The position numbers and the translations under genes were made by a program. The notes beneath the pieces were generated by a model, which saw nothing but the letters and a program-made list of their open reading frames with translations, searched no databases and was not told the origin of the DNA. Of a stretch of 64,000 nt of DNA, positions 12,721 to 26,289 are shown piece by piece. The stretch spans positions 112,532,001-112,596,000 of the forward strand of contig NC_058373.1 in assembly GCF_018350175.1 (NCBI RefSeq), read 5' to 3'. The stretch is from Felis catus. Its lineage: Eukaryota. Positions within the stretch are counted from its first letter, which is position 1. Each line of letters begins with the position of its first letter.

Positions 12721-13847
12721 AACATCTTATTTCAATTTTTATAATTCATGTTCTCTTAGGAAATCTTCCTTTAGCATTTTCAAATTTGTGAGCATAATAT
12801 TGCATACAGAATTATAGAATAGATTCATATATTCTTTTTCTTTGAAAATTCAAAAGAAATTTATTTCTTTGAATAATTCTCTTTCTTTGAAAGAATTCAT
12901 ATATTCTTTCTTTGATTCATATATTCTTTTTCTCTGAATTCTTTGAATTCAAAGAATTTTGATAATTTGATAAATTGATAAAATTTGATAATTTGATAAA
13001 AATTGCATAATTTTTAGACATTTAGGTTGTTTCCAATTGATTAGGAAATAACAAGTTCATATAATAACTAGAAATAAAACCCAGCAGATTTGATTTCTAA
13101 GTAAGTACTCTTATCACTATAGTATTTTATACTATCTGTTTTGTATAAATTCATAAGAAAATACATGTAATTGAAAGTCATTTTTGTATTCAGAAAGTCA
13201 TATAACAGTTGGACTATCAAAATGGAGAAAATAAATTACAGTTAAGCAAAATTAGTTTTTAATCATTTAAAATTAAAAATTATGTAATTTTTACTCATTT
13301 TAAGACAATCATATCTTAGTAAGCCCTGTATTTATTATAGTCATATAATAAGTAAAACTGTTCCAGTTTTTCTTACTTTGAATAATAATTATATTCTGTA
13401 GCATTTAGACTTTATAAAGTATATTCATATGTACTATTTGTTACTGGCAAAAAATTTATGAGGGAGAAAGTTGGTCATAATTTTGTCTATTTTATTGATA
13501 AAATCTGGCTCTTTGGGAGATTAAGCAGTTTACCTAAAGTCTTATAACTCTTTGTCAGAAATAAAGCTGTTATCAAGCTAAGGTTTTTTAATTCTCTATC
13601 TGGTGTTTTGCAGATCTATGTGAAATACACTTTCCAAACTTTCTTAAACTGTTAGGTGCAAAATATTTACTCTTCTTTAAAAAAGAAAATCTGACTGTTC
13701 TTCTTTAATTTTCCCTACTGCTCTTTAGTCTGTTTTTTTCTTCTAAATCAGATTCTTATTATCACATACATAAATTATTACAATTATCCCTTTTCTGATG
13801 TTTCTGTCACCTCATGCTACAATACTGCTTCCAAAGTAATCTTCCAA

Positions 13848-14406
13848 TTATGGTTAATTGTATGTGTCAACTTGATTGGCCTATGGAATGCCTAGATAGC
13901 TGGTAAAACATTATTTCTGGGTGTGTCTATGAGGGTGTTTTGGGCAGAGATTAGCATTTGATTCAGTAGACTGAGTAAAAAATATCCCCCTCACCAATAT
14001 GGACAGGCATCATCTAATCCACTGGGTGCCAGAAAGAACAAAAAAGCCAACAAAGGGCAAATTATCTCTCTGCTTTTGATCTTTAAGATCAATATTTACA
14101 GATTGGACCATTTATCTTCTGCCCTTGGACACTGGCTCCATGGTTCTCAGACTTTCAGACTTGGACTGAATTATAACCACCTGCTTTCCTGGTTTCCAGC
14201 TTGCAGATGGCTGATTGTTGGACTTCTTGGCCTCCATGACAATGTGACCCAATTCTTAATATCTTCAGTCTGCATCTATGTCTATATCTATATTTGTATC
14301 CACATTTATATCTGTATATATATTTGTATCTATATTTATATTTCTGTATCTATTTACATGAATATCCATATCTAATTATTCTGTTTCTCTGGAGAACTCT
14401 AATACA
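13848..14406 (+). mobile_element. MLT2 (ERVL) LTR
   Basis: tggttaattgtatgtgtcaacttgattggc...ctgtttctctggagaactctaataca termini with an internal (TA)-rich microsatellite. Confidence 0.88.
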
Positions 14407-14444
14407 CTTTTTTTAATTGATTGTTGAATTCAGTTGCAAGACTA

Positions 14445-14888
14445 CTTTTATTTTTTTATTATTTATTTAAATCCAAGTTAGTTAACATATAGTGTAATAA
14501 TGATTTCAGGAGTAGAATTTAGTGACTCAAACTTACATAGAACACCCAGTTGTCTATCTTAACAAGTGCCCTTCTTAATGCTCATCACCCATTTAGCCCA
14601 TCGCCCCCACCCAACATCCCTCTAGCAACCCTCAGTTTGTTCTCTGTATTTAAGAGTCTCTTATGGTTTGCTTCCCTCTGTTTTTATCTTATTTTATTTT
14701 TTCCTTCCTTCCCCTATGTTCATCTGTTTTGTTTCTTAAATTCCACATGAGTGAAATCATATACTATTTGCCTTTCTCTGACTTATTTCACTTAGAATAA
14801 TACACTCTAGTTCATCCAAGTTGTTACAAATGGCAAGATTTGCCGAGTAGTATTCTATTGCGTGTGTGTGTGTGTGTGTGTGTGTATG

Positions 14889-14922
<34 letters not shown>

Positions 14923-16275
14923 ATATCTTCTTCATTCATCAGTCGATGGACATTTGGGCTGTTTCCATAATTTGGCTATTGTTGATAGTGCTGCTATAAA
15001 CATTGGGGTGAATGTGCCTCATTTGAATCAGTACTTTTGTATCCTTTCAATAAATACCTCGTAGTACACTTGCATGGTCATAGGTTAGTTCTATTTTTAA
15101 CTTTTTGAGCTACCTCCATACTGTTTTCCAGAGTGACTGCACTAGTTTGCATTCCCACCAGCAGTGCAAAAGGGTTCCTCTTTCTCCTCATTTTTGCCAA
15201 CATTTGTTGTTTCCTCAGTTGTTAATTTTAGCCATTCAGACTGGTGTGAGGTGGTATCTCATTGTGGTGTTTATTTCCCTGATAATAAGGGATGTTGAGC
15301 ATCTTTTCATGTGTCTGTTAGCCATCTGAATGTCTTCTTTGGAAAAGTGTCTATTTATGTCTTTTGGCCATTTCTTCACTGGATTATTTGTTTTTTGGGT
15401 GTTGAGTTTGGTAAGTTCTTTATAGATCTTGGATACGAATCCTTTATCCAATGTCATTTGCAAATATCTTCTCCCATTCTGTCAGTTGCCTTTTAGTTTT
15501 GCTGATTGTTTCCTTCACTGTGCAGAAGCTCTTTATCTTGATGAGGTCCCAATAGTTCATTTTGGCTTTTGTTTCCTTTGCCTCCAGGTACATGTCAAGT
15601 AAAAAGTTGCTGCGTGCAAAGTCAAAGAGGTTGTTGCCTGTTTTCTCCTCTAGGATTTTGATGGCTTCCTGTCTTTCCTTTAGGTCTTTCATCCATTTTG
15701 AGTTTATTTTTGTGCATGGTGTAAGAAAGTGGTCCAGGTTCATTCTTCATGTCACTGTCCAGTTTTCCCAATACTATTTGCTGAAGAGCCTTTTTTTCCA
15801 TTGGATAGTCTTTCCTGCTTTGTCAAAGATTAGTTGGCCATATGTTTGTGGGTCCATTTCTTAGTTCTCTATTCTGTTCCATTGATCTATGTGTCTGTTT
15901 TTGTGCCAGTACCATACTGTCTTGATGATTACAGTTTTGTAAAACAGCTTGAAGTCTGGAATTGTGATTCCTCCAGGTTTGGTTTTCTTTTTCAGGATTG
16001 CTTTGGCTATTGGGGGTCTTTTCTGGTTCCATACAAATTTTAGGATTGTTTGTACTAGCTCTGTGAAGAATGCTGGTGTTATTTTGATAGGGATTACATT
16101 GAATATGTAGATTGCTTTGGGCAGTATTGACATTTTAACAATATTTGTTCTTCCAATCTATGAGCATGGAATGTTTTTCCGTTTGTGTCTTCTTCAATTT
16201 CTTTCATAAGCTTTCTATAGTTTTTAGCGTATAGATCTTTTACTTCTTTGGTTAGGTTTATTTCTAGGTATTTGA
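14445..16275 (-). mobile_element. 5'-truncated carnivore L1 (L1_Carn-like)
   Basis: Frameshifted ORF2 3' fragments and carnivore L1 3'UTR. Confidence 0.92.
14862..14921. repeat. (TG)n-TATGCATA-(CA)n compound microsatellite forming a perfect 54-bp palindrome
   Basis: 14862-14915 is self-complementary. Confidence 0.95.
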
Positions 16276-16994
16276 CTAACACACTAATGAAATCTACTTT
16301 CGTATGTTATTTCACTCATCAAAGAAATGTCATTTGCTTCTCAGTGACTTTATAATAACAGCATTATTCAGCCTAACATTTAAGACTTCCTTGGCCCTGC
16401 CCCCTGTGTCTTTCCAACTCTAGACTACTTCATTTGAACATCCAACTTGTGCTATAGGTAATCAGTGTAGATCTTTACTATCTTAACTCACTATACTTTT
16501 CACATGAAGTACTTTTTTCCTTTATCTTTATCTAAATTTAATCCCCTTTAGGCCATAAATAAATTTCATTTTCTTTGTCAGGTCGTAAGTAGCCACTCTA
16601 GCCCACTCTGATTTTTATATTCTGTACTCTACTATTTGATCATTATTATTATCTGTATCATTCATTTTAAGCTTAATTACATGTTGCGATACTTAATTAT
16701 ATGACATTTTTCTAACTGTATTGTCAGTTCTTGATAGACATGGATGATGACTTAAACTTCTTTGTGCTCTAAATTTTTTTCTTTATATTCTTTTCAGCAC
16801 ATAGCACAACACTTTGCTATGACATTATAGGTGCTCATTAAATTATTTGAGTTAAATAAACAAAACTGTATATTTATTGTTACTGTTAAATTCCTATGTT
16901 GGAAAGATCTGTATCAGAAGCCATGAAAAATATATTGTGAATTCTTCTAAAAAAATGTTTTCTCATTTTCTAGTTAGTCTTCTTTCCTTTAATG

Positions 16995-17200
16995 CAGCAT
17001 TTCTCAGTTTTAGCACTGTTCACATTTTGGAACAAATAATTGTTGTGAGAAGCCTTACTGTGCATTGTAGGATACTAAGCAGTATTACTGGCCTCTACAC
17101 ACTGCATGCTAGTAGCATCATCCATGCTGTAACTAATTAAAATGTGTGCAGACATTGCCAAATGACCCCTGGGAGCAAAATTGCTGGCAGTTACAAACTA
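16995..17200. mobile_element. MER20 hAT DNA transposon
   Basis: tgtgcattgtaggat...cagacattgccaaatgacccctgggagcaaaattg consensus. Confidence 0.88.
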
Positions 17201-18584
17201 TTCTGGTGGTTTTAGCAGATTTTTTTTTCAACAGAACATAAGTATGTAGATAAAGCAATTAAATTATAATCTTATTAAAAGTACCTTTGGTTCTTTTTTA
17301 GTGTTTTATTGAATTCCCATGCTATTGCAAGTTCATGTTGTTGGGTATAAAGAATGCTATAGAGATATGCTCCTTTAGTGCTATTCAAATTTATAACTTT
17401 AGTAGCTTATAATGTCTAAGGTAAATTGTCAGAATGTTGAATTAGGTTTGGCAGGAAGCCTAGTTGAACCACTTAGTAGGGAACAGGGAAGACTTAGTTA
17501 TAGGAGTAAAAAAGAAGAGAATGAACAAGGTATATCTTTAATTATTCATCTTTCTCAATGTAAAAACATCTTCATATTTATTTAAGAGTTATATATAAAG
17601 TGGCTTATGTATGCATATAAGAATGCTAAACACTCAGTAATATATCTTTTAAAAAAGGTAAGAACTGTTCCTGCTTTCTAATAATTTATAATGCGATGTG
17701 AAAAGAAAACACACACGCACACACACACATCAGAAACAATAACAAAACAAGACAGCATGTGTGATTATATGACAAATGAATTGAGAATAACCACTTCCTA
17801 TTAAAAGTCTGTAGAAGAAGAATATCATTTTGTTTTAGAACAATCCTTTTCCAAGCAGTTTTCACTAGAAGCATCTTGCCTTTGCGCTTTCTCTAAAAAT
17901 CATGGTATCTTTGTATTGTTATACGCCTCTTTCAGATTTTTACCAGAGTTCATTTCATAGACCTGAAGCTGAGATATTCTCCATCCACATTTCCCTCTAC
18001 CTTCAAATTTCCCGTCAGTAATATGGGGTAATGTAATACTATGAGTTCCACTAACCTCTCTTCAATTCACTTGCAAATAAAAATAAACTGTTTTACTGCT
18101 GATAGTCATGATAAGCAAACCTTTTTTCCTGTTAGTCCTTTTGTTTATAGTGTTAGTGTGTGAGAAGGAAGAGTTGATAATGTTTGAGGTGAGGAGAACA
18201 GAAAAGTTTGAAAGATAATTGCTGGCTAGAGGTAGAAATAAAAACAGTGAAAAGATCAGCTACAACTTAGTTTCACTGAATCCTCTACTCTTACTCCAGG
18301 CAAACATTAGAAGAGCAATCCATTTTTTCCACTGTAGAAACAACCTCCTTAGTTTGTTGAGTTTTTCTTTAAAACTTAAGTCTTATTTTTCATTGAAGTA
18401 ATCTTTCGTGTTTAAAAAAATCAAATGATGCAAAATAGCTCATAACAATAATAAAAACTAGTAATCTGGGTTTTCCCCCCGCTGCTTCCATAACCAAACA
18501 CTTTCTTTTAGTTTTGATACTTATATATATGTTTCATACCATGTCCTTTGTGGTATCAGTTTTAGAAACTGTATGTTGACTTCT

Positions 18585-18950
18585 ATATTAGTTTTTTATG
18601 GCTACCACAACAAATTATCACAAACTTAATGGCTTAAAATAACACAGATTTGTTGTCTTGCAATTCAGTACTTCAGAAATCCTACTCAGGATCTCATTTA
18701 GGTTAAGATCAAGATGTAGGCAAGTCTGTCTTCCTTTCTGGAGGCTTTAGGTAAGAATCTGTTTCCTTGTTTTTTCCAGCATCTAGTGGCCACCTTCTTT
18801 CCTGGGTTCATAGCTCCCCTCCCCACATCAAAGTGAACAGTGAGGCACCCTCTTCTTCACAGTGCTATCTCTCTGATTCTCTCTTCTACTTTTAAGACTC
18901 TTGTAATTACATTGGGAACACCAAGATAATCCTAAATAAACTTCCTATTT
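18585..18950 (-). mobile_element. MLT1 MaLR LTR
   Basis: acaacaaattatcacaaacttaatggcttaaaataacacagattt consensus. Confidence 0.85.
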
Positions 18951-19289
18951 TAGTTCCTGTTTTAAAACTCCAGCAAGTAAGAGACAAATAACCAGGAAGT
19001 AAATAAAAGTCAGTGAGATAAGAGCAATTATAACGTTATATTATATATCTTGACTCTACTATTCAGTTATGGTCCACACAGTTCAAGGGTCTATGTGCAG
19101 CATTTCCTGGAGATGATTATTTAACTTGGGATTTTGAGAATGACTGAACCTACACTGTAATGAAAAAGCAATCAAATTTATTACCTGTGTACATACAGTT
19201 ATCTTTTTACAATGAAATCTATATCTCAGTAATTAATTTCAGTTGATATGCAGTAGTTCTTCACATTAATCTTTCTCATTCAAGCAATG

Positions 19290-20480
19290 AGGAGACTCTA
19301 TTCCAGCAGTAATGGAGTAACTTGTATTGGGTAGCCCTTTCACTGAAAACAACAACGAAAACTGAATAAAACATCCAAAACAATGGTTTGAAGGAATTGG
19401 AGAACAACCAATTTACATACTACTTGAGAGTATGATATTTGAGAGAATAGAAGCACTGGTGAGCTCCACATTCATCCTGGCTTTTTCCTGAGGGCATTTT
19501 TCTGTTCCTGGTGTAGAATATGAGCACCCCAGTGGAAAATGAGTCTTAACTGTCATTAGCCAACTTTCATCAACTCTTAAGATCTATATGTACATTTTGA
19601 AATTCCAGGAAATTCATCAAAAAGCAATCTATAAGCCTGAAGAGGTTAGCAGAGATTTCAGCAGCTGCATGGGCCTGAAGGAAAGGTTCAATTTAAGCCC
19701 TGCCAACATGGGAGAGCCTTGGTAAACAATACAGACTTAGCTGAGACCCCAGAAGGACCACATTTTAGGAGAAGACAAAATACTAAAATATATCAGCCCC
19801 AACAAAGACTAAAATCACTGGTACTCAGTCTGCCTGACAGAAGAAAACTGTTATAACCTTTTTAAGGAAGATAACAGCATCCAGAGCCTACAATATTTCT
19901 CAACCTTAATGTCAGTCATCTCATTAGAAATTTATCCTGTGCAAACACCTCCAAGTAATTAAAACCAAGAGAAAAAACAGACCCACAGGTGATTAAGATA
20001 CCAAAATTATCAGATATTTTAAAATAACTGCAATTAATATCTTCATAAAAATAAAAGATGGAAAAATCTAAAACCTTGTTTTTGTTTTTTTTTTAAGAGT
20101 CAAATGGAAAGTATAGAAGTGAAAGGTGCTTTAAATGAAATGAAGAATTCATTAGATATGTATAATGGAAGATTAAGCGCAGAAAGAGAAAATAAATGAA
20201 CAATGAGAGAGTTCAGTTGACAATAGCCACATTGGAACACACAAAAAACAAAGCTCAAACCAAAATAGATCCTAAAACACATATAGCACATGGTAAAAAT
20301 GTCTAGCATTTAAATAGAGAATGATATTGGAGCAATATTTTTAAAAATACTGAGAATTTTATAAAAATTGAAAACATTTGCACATTCAAGAACCAAAAAA
20401 ATTTTCTATGTAAACACATATGTACACATACAGCTAGGCATATTGTATCAAGCTGCTGAAAACAAAGACAAATAGAAAAT
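19290..20480 (+). mobile_element. Ancient L1M 5'/ORF1 remnant
   Basis: A-rich degenerate ORF1-like sequence; boundaries approximate. Confidence 0.55.
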
Positions 20481-20907
20481 TTCATTAATTTTGCTTTCTG
20501 CTCAGCCAGACTTTCAGAATAATTAATGACTTTAGCAACTGTACTTTTCCTGTTTTCTGCCATTTTAGGAAAGTTCAGGAAGCCTGTCAGTAGCTTCCAA
20601 CATAGCTAGCTTCTCAATCTTGATTCTAATCTCCTTCTCCAACTCCATTATTCTTTATAATAGAGTCACAGCATACGAGCTTTTAACTTATGAATATCAA
20701 ATCATATGTTCAAAAAGAAAAGAATTATTTAAATATTTTGGATGTTCAGTAGGCATTGTACTCAATGTGTTTATCCCTTGGAGTGAGTATGAGACAAGAG
20801 ACTTGAATTTATAATCCATTTAGCTGGTTCGATGTCACTACTTACAATGCCTCTTACAATTTGAGCATCTGGCCAAACTGACTAAATTTCTGGTATCTAA
20901 AAACACA

Positions 20908-21319
20908 GGGGTGCCTGGGTGGCTCGGTCAGTAAGGCATCCGACTTTAGCTCTGGTCATGGTCTTCAAGTCCATAGGTTTGAGCCCCGCATCAGGCTCTG
21001 TGCTGACAGCTCAGAGCCTGGAGCCTGCTTTGGATTCTGTGTCTTCCTCTCTCTCTGCCCGTCCCCCACTCACACTGTGTTTCTGAAAAATAAATAAACA
21101 TTTAAAACATTTTTAAAATAAAAATTGGGGGGCCTGGGTGGCTCAGCTGGATGGCGTCTGACTTCCGCCTGCAGGTCATGATCCCACACTTTGTGGGTTC
21201 AGTCCCAGTGTCAGGCTTTGTGCTGACAGCTTGGAGCCTGGAACCTGCTTCAGATTCTGTGCTTCCCTCTCTCTCTGCCCCTCCCCTGCTTTCTCTCTGT
21301 CTCCCAAAAATAAATAAAT

Positions 21320-21368
<49 letters not shown>

Positions 21369-21390
21369 GCAAGTAAAAATAAAAAAAAAC
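20908..21390 (+). mobile_element. Two tandem CanSINEs; the second has a (GATA)11 tail microsatellite (21323-21366)
   Basis: Two SINE heads at 20908 and ~21127; outer TSD AAAAACACA. Confidence 0.92.
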
Positions 21391-22479
21391 ACATATTGTT
21401 GATACAACACAGCCTCTAAAACTCAAACCAGTTAATTCATTGTTGGCACAAAGAAACAATAGTCTGTTCTGATTCTGAAAGGGAAACTATGTCTGTTAGA
21501 GTTATAATATTGAGGAAGACAGTATGTAAATTTCCAATGTTGAGTAGTTGTAATGGTCTTTCAAGGGCATTGTTGACCCATTTTTTGCCTTCTGTACTGA
21601 TTTAAAGTAATATGTGATTTACATAGTTTAAATCTTTATACCCTCAGAATATTAACTTTTGGAATTTTTTTCTGACCACATCATCTTTGGTTCTTCCTCC
21701 AATTTTGTTATTCTCAGAAAAATGTTCTGTCTTATCGTGATTGCCAGTTCCTTTATTCTTTACAACTTCTTCAGTTTTTATACTGGCTTTGTTATCAGCC
21801 CAAACCCCGGGATCAGCCATTTTAACAGTACATTTAGTGGCACAGTGGGCCTCCTTCCCAAGGATTTTTTTCATTTTCATATTTCTACTCACTAGCTTAG
21901 GCTGTTTTTCCCTAGTACGCTCAATTTCTAGTCTGGACTATGAAGTTCTGGAGAGATTATCATCCTATAGATTTCCATTGCTGATTCACTTCCCACCCTG
22001 CCCCCCCGTAAAGGAAAAAAGAGAAGAATAAATTCTGGGATCAAGCATACAAAAATAGAATTTATCAGTAACTTCTGTGTTTTTAGTAAGAAGGAAAATT
22101 TATCTAGTAAAAGGAAGAGATAGGCATGTGTTAAAAGTTTGGGCAAAAGTGGAAATTTAGAATAATTGCTATCATATACACAGAATGGCCATTGAGCAGC
22201 AGTTATATCTAAGTTGCAGTTAACTAGCATAAATTTATAATGAATAAACTCTACCACTGTTTATTGTGTGTTTCCTGCTAGCATATAACAATATTTGTAC
22301 ATAGTAGGTGCTCAAAGGATTATTGAATAGAAATACTTGTCAATAATATATCTGAGATTGACTAGAGAAGACATACTTACATAGATCAGGAACATGTTTA
22401 ATTGTTTTACCAAATAAGGCATTATAAATTGATAATAAAGTTTTAAAACAGTATAAATAAGGGTACACAAATGATGAAA

Positions 22480-22840
22480 ATTGTTCATTAATTTAGAATA
22501 TGGATCTAGTTGAGGAATTTGGAGATAATTCAGAGAAGAACCACAAGAATATTCAAAGATTTAGAAAATCAAATTTATAAGAATTTTCTTTACTGGAAAA
22601 TTTTAAGTTACTAAAGAGAAAGCTGAGTAATGACTTGGCCATCTAGCGCACAGACTTGATATATATAGAAATGTGACTATATGTTTGGTATATATATACT
22701 AAAAGCAGAACAAAAGAATATCAATATGAATTGCAAAATGTGTGATTTTTATTCTATAGGAAAAAGTACACAAAATGGGGCATTGGAATATAGTTCTATA
22801 GGAGATTGTGTAATCTTCTATGTTATTGAAAATTAAAATA
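22480..22840 (+). mobile_element. L3/CR1 3' remnant
   Basis: ttcagagaagaaccacaagaatattcaaagatttagaaaa...cattggaat...gagattgtgtaatct resembles the CR1 3' consensus. Confidence 0.6.
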
Positions 22841-22939
22841 GGTTTTATTTTAAAAACATTTATTTCTCACCTATTCTATACATTAGGCCAAGTTTTGTAA
22901 TACAGAAACAGTCTCTGACTTTTGCAGTAAGTTTTAAAG

Positions 22940-23130
22940 AGGGGCATATTACATTGATAAAAGGGTCAATCCATCAGAAAGAATTAACAAGCACACACAT
23001 CCATGTAAGAGTCTCAGAGTACAAGAAGCAAAAAGTGACAATTGGAAGGACAAATAGACTGTCCAACAAAAACGGCTAGAGAGTTCAATACCCCACTTTT
23101 AGTAATGAGTAGAACAACTATGCAGAACAG
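22940..23130 (+). mobile_element. L1 ORF2 endonuclease fragment
   Basis: gggcatattacattgataaaagggtcaatccatcagaaaga (GHYIxIKGSIHQ-like). Confidence 0.75.
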
Positions 23131-23674
23131 TACATTATACTATTAGATTTATAAAGTAAAACAATAGAAATAGGTACACAGTATAGATAGAAAAGAGGTG
23201 TTGATGTTTAACCATACAAGATGGAAGGACTAATGAAGGGATGAGAGAGAGGAATGTCCAAAATAATTTTCCAGAAAATTTGACTTTTCATTTAGGTTTT
23301 AAAAGGCATATAGCTGTCTGCCGGAAGGATCAATCAGAGAACACTGTACAGAAAGGTGTGGATATGTGAAAAGATACGGATCTTTGGGCATCTATATGTG
23401 ATTTTAAATTGTTTGAAATTTAGTAAGTGCATTGTGGTGGAGTAAGGGAAGCAGTAATACTGGGAGATGAGGCTGAAGAGGTGTTAGGCTGTCTCAAGAC
23501 AGCGAAGAATATAGATAATGTATAGGTATTTATTGACAGTATTTTAAGAAAATTACTGAGCATCTATGAAATGTACATAAATTGAGTTAAGAAACCAAAT
23601 TTTAATGCTTATTGCTTCCTGAAGAATATGCTAGTTATGATCTTATTTCTGGTATATTTTGGAAAATTAATTAA

Positions 23675-24091
23675 TTAATTAATTATCTATTTAAGAGGTG
23701 GGGAGAGACAGAGGGAGGGAGGGAGGGAGGGAGGGAGGGAGGGAGAGAGAGAGAGAGAGAATATCCCAAGCAGGCTCTGCGCTGAGTTTCAGGCTCAATC
23801 CCATGACCCTGGGATCATGACTTGAGCTGAAATCGTTGGCCGCTCAACTGACTGAACCACCCAGGCACCCTGAAAAATAATTTTTTAATTAATTTATTTT
23901 TGAGAGGCAGAGAAGGGGGAGTACACCTGGGGGAGGGCAGAAAGAGAGAGAGGGAGACACAGAATCCAAAGTAGGCTCCAGGCTGTGAGTTGTCAGTGCA
24001 CAGCCTGACATGGGGTTCCAAATCATAACTGTGAGGTCATGACCTGAGCCAAAGTCGGTCACTTAACTGACTGAGCCACCTAGGCGCCCCC
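23675..24091 (-). mobile_element. Two tandem CanSINEs
   Basis: Two SINE bodies; (GGGA)n/(GA)n tract. Confidence 0.9.
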
Positions 24092-24734
24092 AAAATAATT
24101 AAAATATTTGATCCCATGTAGGGTTTTCTTTATGTATTACCTTTAGTATTGATTAAACCTGTAAACCCTGAAAGCTGTTCTGCAGAGAATTAGAGCAAAA
24201 ATTTATTCCAGCCTTTCTTCTACAGTGCATTAAGTCCTATGCAGTTATCACCTCTTTCTAGGGTTAATAGTAACTAAGATGTATGTATTTGTTAATTCTG
24301 CATTGTTATCTTATATTCTATAAAACACTGGTATTCCAAAAATATTAATAAAAGTTTAAAACGGAAGGAATAAAAGGATTCTCAGACTCTCAGTTCCTTT
24401 GCCACCTTTCATCCAGTGCTGTCATTCATTCTTCTTGAGTCACTGGATCTAGTGGTCATACCCTAAACTATTACATTGCTAACAATTACAACCCTTCTAT
24501 AATTTTTACTTCAGTCATCCCTCTCTCTAGTCACCACTTCTTTCTCTAACTCCTTCTTGTAACTCAACTGCAGTTGATCTCACTGCGACCTCTGATTCAT
24601 TGACTTTTGATTAGCTCTTTATCCCTTTCATTTCCCTCTTTACCCAGCTTATATCCTATGGTCAATGTTTACAATTACTCCCTTCAACACATCTTTAATT
24701 TTCCTGTCCCTCTCTTGTTTCATTGAGTTTGTTT

Positions 24735-25193
24735 AGCTGAATAATAGTGACCCAAAACGAATTCCTGGAACTCTAAATGTTACCTTATAATGAAAGCATG
24801 TATTTGCAGTTTATGATTAAGTTAAGGATTTTGAAATGGGAAATTTTTTTGGATTATCAGGGTGAGCTCTAAATCCAATCACAAGTGTCCTTATTAGAAA
24901 CAGAAAAATTTCATACAGGCAAAAAGAGAAGACATACAGAGGAGAAGGCAATGTGAACAGGAAACAGAGATTATAGTTATGGGCCACAAACCAAGGCATA
25001 GAAGCTGCAAGAGGCAAGGAGCAGATTGTCCCCTAGAACCTTTGTAGAGAATGTGGCCCTGTTGACACCTTGACTTCAGTGATTATTTTCAGTCAGCAAT
25101 AGTGATTTCAGATTTCTCTCCTATGAGAGAATACATTGTTTTCAGCTACCAAGTTTGTGGTGATTTGTTACAATAGCCATAAGAAACAATACA
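24735..25193 (+). mobile_element. MLT1C/D-like MaLR LTR
   Basis: gattaagttaaggattttgaaatggg...aagtttgtggtgatttgttacaatagccataagaaacaataca. Confidence 0.88.
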
Positions 25194-25360
25194 CTTGGGT
25201 AAACCATAAAGGTGATTAAATCCCAACTTTCCATCTATTTTGGATCTGCTTCCATGCAGCTGGAGATAAACATATAACCAAATGACTCCTTTGTGCTTAA
25301 ATTCATGATCATTAACTTCACATTGGTCTATCGCGTAGCGTTATGATTTATTTCTCTAGC

Positions 25361-25566
25361 CCAGGAGTTGGCATACTTTTTCTGTAAAGGGCCAGGTAAC
25401 AAGATTTTTATACTGTGAGCCATATGGTCTCTGTCATAACTATTCAACTCTGCTATTATAGCACAAAAGTAGCCATACACATAATACATAAACAGATGAA
25501 TGTGGCTGTGTTCCATAAAGCTGTATTTAGAAAAACAGACAGCAGACCAGATTTTCCTAAGCCCTG
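25361..25566. mobile_element. MER58A hAT DNA transposon
   Basis: caggagttggcatactttttctgtaaagggccag...tgtggctgtgttccataaa consensus. Confidence 0.88.
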
Positions 25567-25660
25567 TACTAATACATTATCTCTTTCACCATATTAGATG
25601 GTAGTTGTACCTTTGTGTATGTCTTCAAATCTCCAACACCTCCTCAGTCTCCTCCTCTTT

Positions 25661-25902
25661 TTTTTTTTATTTATTTTTTTTTTATTTTTTTTTCCAACGT
25701 TTATTTATTTTTGGGACAGAGAGAGACAGAGCATGAACGGGGGAGGGGCAGAGAGAGAGGGAGACACAGAATCGGAAACAGGCTCCAGTCTCTGAGCCAT
25801 CAGCCCAGAGCCTGACGCGGGGCTCGAACTCACGGACCGGACCGCGAGATCGTGACCTGGCTGAAGTCGGACGCTTAACCAACTGCGCCACCCAGGCGCC
25901 CC
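25661..25902 (-). mobile_element. Young CanSINE (3' member of the composite)
   Basis: CpG-rich young SINEC_Fc body with long A-rich tail. Confidence 0.95.
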
Positions 25903-25937
25903 AAGAATTTCCATTTTAAATATGGACGTCAGGATGG

Positions 25938-26050
25938 CAGGGTCAGCTTCATATGAGTGCAATCTGCAATTGCACGTGGCCCATGCTCAGAAGGGACTGA
26001 ACTTGGTTTGACGTTCTAATGACATCCTGAAATTCTTAATTTTGTATTTG
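25938..26050. mobile_element. MER91A-like hAT-Tip100 fragment
   Basis: cagggtcagcttcatatgagtgcaatctgcaattgcacgtggcccatgctcagaaggg...acttggtttgacgttct...tgaaattcttaat. Confidence 0.7.
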
Positions 26051-26052
26051 AA

Positions 26053-26056
<4 letters not shown>

Positions 26057-26096
<40 letters not shown>
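26057..26096. repeat. (TG)20 microsatellite
   Basis: Direct reading. Confidence 0.95.
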
Positions 26097-26099
<3 letters not shown>

Positions 26100-26289
26100 A
26101 ATGTTTATTTAGTTTTGAAAGAGCATGAACAGGGGAGAGGCAGAGAGAGAGGGAGACACAGAATCGGAAACAGGCTCCAGGCTCTGAGCCATCAGCCCAG
26201 AGACTGACGTGGGGCTCGAACTCACGGACCGCGAGATCGTGACCTGGCTAAAGTCGGACGCTCAACAGACTGCGCCACCCAGGCGCCCC
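26097..26289 (-). mobile_element. CanSINE (5' member of the composite)
   Basis: Young-type head GGGGCGCCTGGGTGGCGCAGTC on the minus strand. Confidence 0.95.

Noticed and set aside
17936..18027. Possible cryptic exon (ctctttcag|...GGG|gtaatg)
   Set aside because: Signals are ordinary and expected by chance in 64 kb; no supporting evidence.
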